Positions 26,415-33,067 of a stretch of DNA of 35,471 bases are shown piece by piece. Each line of letters begins with the position of its first letter. Position 1 is the first letter of the stretch. The position numbers were made by a program, and so were the translations under genes. Below the pieces are notes generated by a model. The model did not search any database. It had not been told where the DNA came from and saw only the letters and a program-made list of their open reading frames with translations. The stretch is from a virus (taxonomy: Duplodnaviria; Caudoviricetes): IMG/VR virus record IMGVR_UViG_3300030107_003312, positions 1 to 35,471 of that record. The stretch is one strand, 5' to 3'.

Positions 26415-27404
26415 TTATTGTCTTGCCAGTGCAGAACCAACTCTACCGGCAGTATTTACCACCTTTTTTCGCATGGGACTTTCGCTGCCAGAGGACGATG
26501 AATTACCCCCTGATTTCGCTGCCGCCCAATGTTTTGCAATGACGCCACCAGCACTACGGGCCGCTCTACCAATCTTTGCTCTGGTTTCAGGATTTCTTAG
26601 TGCCTTTATGCCTTTATATGCACCATAACCAGCGGCTCCTACCGCGGCACCTTTTAATGCTGTACCAATAATACCTTCATCCACACTTTCGGATGCAGTT
26701 CCGAAGCCAAGTCTTGAAGTAATAGTTCTTTTCGCATATGGATTTGGATTGGCACTACCACCATACATTTGTTGAGATGCGGATTTTCTTCTTCTTGCTC
26801 TCTTGGCAAGTAAGGCACCAGTCCCTGCAACTGCTCCTCCAATTGTCGCTGCTTGAACACCACGACCGTACTTACCCGTAGCGGCTCCGACCGCCTTCCC
26901 TCCTACTCCCTTCGCAACACTTGCTATTTTTGAAAGCCATGATTCTGATTGAGTTTTCATAAATTTTTTCTCCCTGTTTGATCTTCCATATGCTCCCATT
27001 TGGTCAGGCCTTGCCGCTCCGGTCCCTGGTTTTCCATCACCACCATCCTCACCATCGGCATCGTATCCAACAGTTCTAGGATCTAGTAGTGAGCCCTGCT
27101 TCTTACTTCCACCTGCGGCCGCATCTCTGTAGGCGCCAGGGTCAAACTTACCACCTTCATTATCATCACCACCACCATCACCACCGGCACCACCTGCTCC
27201 ACCACCACCCATCATGCTTGCTATCCCTGCAACATTAGCGACCCCTCGGGTCACTCTAGCACTCTTTGAACCACCTATTGCCCATTTTCCTGCCTTTTTT
27301 GCGGCAGCGGCACCTCTACTTTTCATTAACCAACCACCGGCCGTTCTCAAGGCCGCAAGCGCGGCCGGTATCCACTCATCTAGTTGTTGTCTTTGTTCAT
27401 GCAT
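26415..27404 (-). CDS. Gly/Ala/Lys-rich modular protein (possible continuation of the upstream ORF)
   Basis: QLDE, SES and SVDE linkers followed by amphipathic modules; start uncertain (ATG 27404 or GTG 27425). Confidence 0.65.
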   Translation of the reverse strand: MHEQRQQLDEWIPAALAALRTAGGWLMKSRGAAAAKKAGKWAIGGSKSARVTRGVANVAGIASMMGGGGAGGAGGDGGGDDNEGGKFDPGAYRDAAAGGSKKQGSLLDPRTVGYDADGEDGGDGKPGTGAARPDQMGAYGRSNREKKFMKTQSESWLSKIASVAKGVGGKAVGAATGKYGRGVQAATIGGAVAGTGALLAKRARRRKSASQQMYGGSANPNPYAKRTITSRLGFGTASESVDEGIIGTALKGAAVGAAGYGAYKGIKALRNPETRAKIGRAARSAGGVIAKHWAAAKSGGNSSSSGSESPMRKKVVNTAGRVGSALARQ

Positions 27405-28107
27405 TCGGTGCCGTCCCCTCTTCACCGGGATTCTTGCTCTTCCTGAACACTTTACCGAGTGCTGTACCCGCGGCGTGCTTCACAAGACCACCCGCGGCCT
27501 TTCTCGCGACTCCAGCCACCAGGGGTGCAATCTCATCTATCTGTTGTGCTTCCTCACTTACTTTTTTTTTAATATCAGATGGACGAATGTTCTTGGTGTA
27601 TTGTTGTTGATGTGTAGGGCGAGATGAATCAGGACCAATCTTGACGAGAGGTGCATCCTTCGCTGCCTTCTTTGCTTGATTCTTTGCAATTGCTCTGACT
27701 CTTGCCATTTGTTTAGAGATGTTATTCTCTTTAACAGGTTTCTTCTTACCACGAAGTCTATCAAACATATCAGCAGCGGCCTTCGCGTCATCACGACTTA
27801 CCTTTTCTTTATAAGCAGGTCGCCCTTTACCAAGTTTCACTGGGATAGTCAGTTTAGAGATAGTGGCGGCCTCTTCTACAGAATCAGTCCAACCACCGAA
27901 TGCTTTACCTGCGGCAAGTGCTTCTGCTGTGCGTGATACAATATCATCAACAGTGGCATCTGTTGGTTTAGACATATCTGGTTTCCCATCATCGTGCGAA
28001 TCGTGACTGTGAGTCTGATTTTCCATTTTAGTTTTTCCTTTTTTAAAGGGTCGTGGACCTGGCAACCCACTTAATTGTGGCATTAGACTTCCCTGTTGCT
28101 CTTGCAT
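27397..28107 (-). CDS. Modular basic protein, probable capsid-internal
   Basis: AGGAGG SD before ATG 28107; SVEE, VKE and QIDE linkers. Confidence 0.7.
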   Translation of the reverse strand: MQEQQGSLMPQLSGLPGPRPFKKGKTKMENQTHSHDSHDDGKPDMSKPTDATVDDIVSRTAEALAAGKAFGGWTDSVEEAATISKLTIPVKLGKGRPAYKEKVSRDDAKAAADMFDRLRGKKKPVKENNISKQMARVRAIAKNQAKKAAKDAPLVKIGPDSSRPTHQQQYTKNIRPSDIKKKVSEEAQQIDEIAPLVAGVARKAAGGLVKHAAGTALGKVFRKSKNPGEEGTAPNA

Positions 28108-28195
28108 ATCGACCTCCTGATTAATCTTTATATGTATGCCTTTAAGATTCCCAAAAAGCATATATATTACGACACTACTAATCAAGGAGATTCAA

Positions 28196-28447
28196 ATGGC
28201 ACAATATAAGACAGCATCCCCAATTGCGACGAATACCAGAGCAACTGTACCTAGAAACAAAGGTGTGATGATAGTCAATGATGGAGTCGGTGCAACCGAA
28301 GCAGATATTGTTTTATATGACAATGTAAATGGAACTAATGAGGTTGTAATTAAGGCCGTACAGAACCATAACCCAATCATCATTCCATGCACACTATACA
28401 AAACTGGTGGTACATTGACAAATTGTACTGCTTACGAATTGTCCTGA
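28196..28447 (+). CDS. Small beta-rich protein (83 aa), possibly virion
   Basis: AAGGAG SD before ATG 28196. Confidence 0.75.
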   Translation: MAQYKTASPIATNTRATVPRNKGVMIVNDGVGATEADIVLYDNVNGTNEVVIKAVQNHNPIIIPCTLYKTGGTLTNCTAYELS

Positions 28448-28464
28448 ATTAAATAGCCAAAAGT

Positions 28465-28472
28465 TATAAATA
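28465..28472 (+). promoter_or_regulatory. TATAAATA late-type box facing the intergenic RNA element
   Basis: Exact octamer; coincides with the U-tract of the minus-strand terminator, so may be incidental. Confidence 0.35.
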
Positions 28473-28506
28473 AAGACAACCCTCCGACTGCAATCGGAGG
28501 GTTGTC
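28468..28506 (-). terminator. Rho-independent terminator
   Basis: 13-bp perfect stem GACAACCCTCCGA/TCGGAGGGTTGTC followed by UUUAUUU on the minus strand. Confidence 0.8.
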
Positions 28507-28715
28507 CACTATGAAATGACGATCGAAAGGTAGCGAAGTTCCTTAGTGCAGACTAGATATGCCTGCACCGTGCATGGATAGAGTAACGACTGTCGCACTG
28601 TCTATCCGCTCGATTGCCATTAAAACTTTTATTGGAATTTAAAAAACGACGCTGCCATTTAAGGCGTCGTCGTTTCTTATCGTTTCGGTATGTGTTGTGG
28701 TTTGTTCTTTTCACT
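28507..28715 (-). ncRNA. Candidate late ncRNA with blocks complementary to the 23S rRNA H69-H71 region
   Basis: Lies between minus-strand TATAAATA (28721-28728) and the terminator; at least three hairpins; plus strand reads AAGGTAGCGAAGTTCCTT...CCTGCAC...GTAACGAC...GCACTGTCT. Confidence 0.6.
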
Positions 28716-28720
28716 ACAAT

Positions 28721-28728
28721 TATTTATA
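28721..28728 (-). promoter_or_regulatory. Late promoter TATAAATA with no convincing downstream CDS
   Basis: TATTTATA on the plus strand, just after the stop of 28732..29451. Confidence 0.6.
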
Positions 28729-28731
28729 ATC

Positions 28732-29451
28732 TCATCGCCTTCTAGTGCTACTAAAAGCCAAAGGAAATGCTAATAAACTGATGGTACTTGACTCTGGTAC
28801 TGCGAAACCATAGTATGCAGGTGGGTCCATCGGTGTGTAATCACTCACTGTATCCATCGTGAATGGTACATCGAATGGTACATTAAATGTTGTCAAGTCA
28901 TACACGGATAGAGGCGGAGGATTCATTACATCGTCATCAATATAATCATAATTGGCATTTAATTGAGATTCTGCGATGATGTCTATGATTGACATACTAT
29001 CATAACCACTCATTATTCTATCCAGTTCTTTGCTGTGACTTGTCATCATTCCCGCAGGCCATATAGACATATCTACCTTTCTTGGTGCAAGTGTGAGTGA
29101 GAAGTAATCGTCAATGTCTTCCGTGTCATCATCATTCTTCTCTGGTGGGTTCGGTGGTGTAGGTATATCTGCTTTGGTTATCAGTTTGGTTGCACCATCC
29201 TTCACACTATTGAAACTCTCAATGTATTCTGCAATCTTATCGACGAAATCTTTACCGAGTATAGTTCCACCGACTACTGCGGCAGCACCAACGGTGAGTA
29301 GTTTCTTCTGTAGTTTTGCTTTGCTATCTTCGCATCGCTTCAGAGCATTCTTCTGTTCGTCTTGGGACTTTCGTTTATTGCTCTCTAGTTCATCTTTAAC
29401 TTTATCATAATCACTGCAACGAGGACATCCCTCTAGTGATTCCTTTTTCAT
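28732..29451 (-). CDS. Membrane protein with PEP-CTERM-like C-terminus
   Basis: CPRC, coiled coil, TM, acidic low-complexity region, ending VPESSTISLLAFPLAFSSTRRR; AAGGAGG SD. Confidence 0.75.
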   Translation of the reverse strand: MKKESLEGCPRCSDYDKVKDELESNKRKSQDEQKNALKRCEDSKAKLQKKLLTVGAAAVVGGTILGKDFVDKIAEYIESFNSVKDGATKLITKADIPTPPNPPEKNDDDTEDIDDYFSLTLAPRKVDMSIWPAGMMTSHSKELDRIMSGYDSMSIIDIIAESQLNANYDYIDDDVMNPPPLSVYDLTTFNVPFDVPFTMDTVSDYTPMDPPAYYGFAVPESSTISLLAFPLAFSSTRRR

Positions 29452-29732
29452 GTTTCCTCCTTGTGCAATCGTTTGAGTGCGTCTTGTATTTCTCTACTAT
29501 CTTCTCTATATGACTCTCTTGTTAGAAACTCACTTCTTGATTTTGCAATAGAATACATCCTATCCATAACCTTGTCGTGGTCTTTTTCCATTCGTTGTAT
29601 TCTTCTGATGTTATTGTCTAAGTCGTTTTCCATCTTCGTGACTTTGTGCGAAAACCTCCACACGAACCCAATGAGTGCAAAGAGTCCTGTGGTTAGGATT
29701 GTGATGGCAATATCTACCCAGTCTATGGTCAT
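29448..29732 (-). CDS. N-terminal TM plus coiled-coil protein
   Basis: IAITILTTGLFALIGFVW then heptad-like region; TATAAATA at 29752-29759. Confidence 0.75.
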   Translation of the reverse strand: MTIDWVDIAITILTTGLFALIGFVWRFSHKVTKMENDLDNNIRRIQRMEKDHDKVMDRMYSIAKSRSEFLTRESYREDSREIQDALKRLHKEET

Positions 29733-29758
29733 TTACTTCCCCAGTTAAAAGTATTTAT

Positions 29759-29790
29759 AAAAAAAAGACACAACCGAAGTTGTGTCTTTT
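29759..29790 (-). terminator. Rho-independent terminator
   Basis: AAAAGACACAAC-TTCG-GTTGTGTCTTTTTTT on the minus strand. Confidence 0.85.
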
Positions 29791-29810
29791 CTTGTTTATT
29801 TAGTTGTTAT

Positions 29811-30404
29811 TCAGTCAAGTGCTATTCTTGCCTGTTCAGCAATTGAAAGTAAATCTGCGATTGCTTCAGAGAGTTCTTCTTCTGATGTATCTTCAGTTAG
29901 TTCACCACCAAAGTAGTGGTCAAGATATACATTAACTGCTTCAGTGATTGCTTCATCTGCATTTTCGTTTTCAAGAAACTCAACGACGATTGCTTCCATC
30001 TCAAACAAGTTTGTGATTGCTTCCATGATGTCATCGTCTGATGTATCTTCAGAGATTGTACCACCAAAGTAATCGTTTAGATATTCACCGAGGGCATCCT
30101 CTGAGATTTTCTTCTTCTTACCACCAACGGCAGCGGCTGCGGCCGCATCTTCTTTTTTCATAATCGATGTGGAATACATCCCGCGTTTCCCGCCGGGGGC
30201 CTTCTTCTGGGTTGACTTGAAGTTGACCTTATGTTCACCCGCATCTTGGATTCTTGCTTCGTTGAGGTTTGATACACCACGAATGGCTGATTCAAGACTT
30301 TGTGGTGATTCAGTCTTTAACTCTTCATACATGGCAGATGCCTGTGGGTGATTGAGTTGGTCGTGAACATTTTCTAAATGCTTTCTAAATGCTGACATAT
30401 CCAT
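29811..30404 (-). CDS. Acidic protein with duplicated YFGG...EDTS..EAI module (scaffold/core-like)
   Basis: EYLNDYFGGTISEDTSDDDIMEAITNL and VYLDHYFGGELTEDTSEEELSEAIADL; AAGGA SD. Confidence 0.75.
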   Translation of the reverse strand: MDMSAFRKHLENVHDQLNHPQASAMYEELKTESPQSLESAIRGVSNLNEARIQDAGEHKVNFKSTQKKAPGGKRGMYSTSIMKKEDAAAAAAVGGKKKKISEDALGEYLNDYFGGTISEDTSDDDIMEAITNLFEMEAIVVEFLENENADEAITEAVNVYLDHYFGGELTEDTSEEELSEAIADLLSIAEQARIALD

Positions 30405-30510
30405 AGTTTTTGTTCCTTATGTTTAATTAAACAGGGTTTGAATTCATACTATGTATAAGATTGTGTATTCTACGATAATCATACATACTATGACCACACG
30501 GAGATGCCAG

Positions 30511-30708
30511 ATGAAATCATTCAAACAATACATTTCAGAGACCTGGCCATATAAACTTCCATTCTATCCAGTGCAAATAGACCCTGAGAAAGATGATGGT
30601 GAGTGGGTTACAGGTGACCCTCCGATGCCAATTGAAATGAAAAATCAAGACATGAAAACTGTCATCAAACGGGCAAACAAACAAGTAAGGGTGGACAGAA
30701 AAACATGA
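30511..30708 (+). CDS. Small protein with capsid-targeting-like N-terminus
   Basis: GGAG SD; MKSFKQYISE. Confidence 0.75.
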   Translation: MKSFKQYISETWPYKLPFYPVQIDPEKDDGEWVTGDPPMPIEMKNQDMKTVIKRANKQVRVDRKT

Positions 30709-30890
30709 AACCATTCAAACAATACATTGTCGATTCACTGTCTACCACTATAAAGAAACACAAAGACCCGTATGCATTTGCAGCGGACATGATGAGACAA
30801 CAACGAGAGAAGAAAGTATCACTCAAACGACGAGGTGCAGCGAGTGCAAGGGAACTCGTCGCCGCATGGAAACGACGAAAGAGTAAATAA
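30705..30890 (+). CDS. Small basic protein with capsid-targeting-like N-terminus
   Basis: MKPFKQYIVD; ATGA overlap. Confidence 0.7.
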   Translation: MKPFKQYIVDSLSTTIKKHKDPYAFAADMMRQQREKKVSLKRRGAASARELVAAWKRRKSK

Positions 30891-31672
30891 TGGCAACAAG
30901 TCGCGACTGGGAAGAATATATTCACAAGAAGAATAGTGGACACAAGAATCCCACTTCGCACATTCGTAGGTACTCTCGTAGACCGAGGGACATGGAAGAT
31001 GTCTCTGGTTCAACAAGATTGTCAGACCCAGATGCAGTACAACCTGACTTGACTATTCCGCGAGGCGGGTGTTGTATAAACATGCTTTGTACGGAAGAAG
31101 TTGAAAATGATTGGAGTGAGAACACACCATTCCGATGCGAGATGACGACGGAACAACAATGTGATGCCGTGCGTGCCCCCGGACTGCCGGATCTACCTGG
31201 GCGTAAATGTGGAGTCTGGAATGAACAAAGGACTTGCGGGGACGGCCATTGTGTTGACTTGGGAGCGTGTTGTGATAGGCGCGAAGTCCCGTACACATGC
31301 GTCGATAATGTCAAGTGGAAAAGATGCGTGGGTCCGCGACCTCAGGGGCCGAATCCATTTCAAGATAGAAATGACCACATAGGGGAATGGCAGGGACCTG
31401 GTACTGTGTGCAGTGAGACTTGCCGCCAACCGGATCCTGTTATTGAGTATGGTGCATGTTGTCTTCCTGAGTTATGCGGCCGTAGTTTCGAGGCCGATAG
31501 CATTGACCAGTTAGTTTCAAAATGTCAAAAGGTTCCTTACTGGGTTTGCGACTATCTAGGTGGTACTTGGTATCGAAACCGTGACTGTGCCCCTCGCGCC
31601 GGATGTCCTTGGCCAGAGTGTGGTACATGGCATAACCCACTTGAAAGTGGTGGTGGTAGTGAATCAGGATAG
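30890..31672 (+). CDS. Cys-rich protein with three G(A/G)CC repeats
   Basis: GGCCI, GACCD, GACCL, each followed by C...C...G.W.....C. Confidence 0.75.
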   Translation: MATSRDWEEYIHKKNSGHKNPTSHIRRYSRRPRDMEDVSGSTRLSDPDAVQPDLTIPRGGCCINMLCTEEVENDWSENTPFRCEMTTEQQCDAVRAPGLPDLPGRKCGVWNEQRTCGDGHCVDLGACCDRREVPYTCVDNVKWKRCVGPRPQGPNPFQDRNDHIGEWQGPGTVCSETCRQPDPVIEYGACCLPELCGRSFEADSIDQLVSKCQKVPYWVCDYLGGTWYRNRDCAPRAGCPWPECGTWHNPLESGGGSESG

Positions 31673-31714
31673 ATGTAAATGTGGTATACATAGTATAACA
31701 AAAGGAGAAACACA

Positions 31715-32041
31715 ATGAAATATTTAATGGTATTGATTGCAACGATGATGGTAGTAGGATGTGTGTCAAAAGGACCACGATTCAATCCCAATGCGAGAGT
31801 AAAGGGAAAGACCACACATAAACAAGTAGAAAAGAAACTGAATCACGGTGATGCACTTGGAAAGAGAATTGCAGAAGCAAAGAGAAGAATCAAGAAAGCC
31901 GTAGACGAAGGTAAGATGACACCTGAAGAGGGTAAAGAAATGCTTGATGCATTGAATAAGAGAGTAAAAGAAGGAAGAAAGAATAGAGGTATGAGAAACA
32001 AAAATACTTCTGCGACTGATTCAAGACCAAGACGAAAGTGA
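31715..32041 (+). CDS. Basic lipoprotein
   Basis: Lipobox VVGC; AAGGAG SD; TATACATA at 31685. Confidence 0.75.
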   Translation: MKYLMVLIATMMVVGCVSKGPRFNPNARVKGKTTHKQVEKKLNHGDALGKRIAEAKRRIKKAVDEGKMTPEEGKEMLDALNKRVKEGRKNRGMRNKNTSATDSRPRRK

Positions 32042-32181
32042 ACAAGGAACACGGACATTACCGTAGAGACCACTTCCGAAGTAAAGGATTCGGTGATACG
32101 GTTTGTAGGGTACTTGGATGTAAGAGTAAGATGATGAAAAGCATTTGTAAGAGATTAAATGAGTTAATCAAATACAAGTAA
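32038..32181 (+). CDS. Small basic protein (47 aa; not in ORF track)
   Basis: GTGA overlap; SKGFGDTV...GC...RLNELIKY. Confidence 0.6.
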   Translation: MNKEHGHYRRDHFRSKGFGDTVCRVLGCKSKMMKSICKRLNELIKYK

Positions 32182-32204
32182 AACAGAGTTATATTGTACA
32201 CTAT

Positions 32205-32240
32205 AAAACCCCATTGGAGTAAATGCCAGTGGGGTTTTTG
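32205..32240 (+). terminator. Rho-independent terminator, possibly bidirectional
   Basis: AAAACCCCATTGG...CCAGTGGGGTTTTT between convergent genes. Confidence 0.75.
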
Positions 32241-32327
32241 TGTGTCATTGTGGGGTGTTGTGGGGGAAAGTGGAAATGATTTAAATATGTGCCAAAATGG
32301 GGGTGTTGTGTGTTATTTCGGAGGGAA

Positions 32328-32624
32328 TTAACCGTACCATCTCTTACCATTCATATTGGTTGACTTATCTAATCCTTTGTGGTATTTCTTGGGAATACCT
32401 GACTTCACCTTGTCCATCATCTCACTCCATTGGCCACCAGTCTTCTTGTCGGGAGTGAGTGTGGAGTCTGCTGCCAGACCGGGGAACCCACCGATGACCT
32501 TCTGCACTTCCTTCGCACCACACTCAGGACAGGGTTCACCACACGGCTTCTCTCTGTCGTCGTAACTCTGGAAGTCCTCCCAGAGATGCTCACATGAGGC
32601 ACATTTGTAATCATAATTTGGCAT
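32328..32624 (-). CDS. FmdB-family zinc-ribbon protein
   Basis: MPNYDYKCASCEH...CPECGAKEVQKVI. Confidence 0.85.
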   Translation of the reverse strand: MPNYDYKCASCEHLWEDFQSYDDREKPCGEPCPECGAKEVQKVIGGFPGLAADSTLTPDKKTGGQWSEMMDKVKSGIPKKYHKGLDKSTNMNGKRWYG

Positions 32625-32627
32625 AAT

Positions 32628-32921
32628 CTATTCCTTTTTAGTTTTCCTGGTACCAGGTTGATCCGGGGGATCGCCCTGGTGGATCAAATCTGTAATACTC
32701 TGTATGAATTGGCATGGCACTTTCTCAACCGTGCTACACTCCTTGTCTCCAACGGTACTTGCCAGACTGATGTGTTGGTCGTCTTGATGCAGGACATATC
32801 CCACCGAGCGCATCACTGGACACGGTTTCTTTGCGTATCGTTTCATGGCTTTGAGGTCATTCCAGCCAACTTCACCATACTCTTCAGCATCCACCCATAT
32901 TACTTCTACCAGTCTGTACAT
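32628..32921 (-). CDS. Conserved phage hypothetical protein
   Basis: VEVIWVDA...RSVGY pattern; GGAGGTG SD before ATG 32921. Confidence 0.75.
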   Translation of the reverse strand: MYRLVEVIWVDAEEYGEVGWNDLKAMKRYAKKPCPVMRSVGYVLHQDDQHISLASTVGDKECSTVEKVPCQFIQSITDLIHQGDPPDQPGTRKTKKE

Positions 32922-32974
32922 AAACACCTCCCTATATGTATACAGGATATCCTCAGATGGCGGGAGTGAATATT

Positions 32975-33014
32975 AAAAAACCCCGACGATGTTAACCTTA
33001 CTGTGGCGTCGGGG
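32975..33014 (-). terminator. Rho-independent terminator
   Basis: CCCCGACG...CGTCGGGG followed by 6 U on the minus strand. Confidence 0.7.
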
Positions 33015-33067
33015 AAAAGTGAAGTGGTTCAACCTCTCGGTAGTATACCCACTGTTTTTTTAATTTA

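Noticed and set aside
28500-28620. True rRNA gene fragment or assembly chimera
   Set aside because: The match is in short blocks interrupted by replaced hairpins and is flanked by phage signals; not a contiguous rRNA copy
28543-28620. 25-codon minus-strand ORF MAIERIDSATVV...
   Set aside because: No SD, and it overlaps the hairpins and rRNA-matching blocks; not excluded but unsupported
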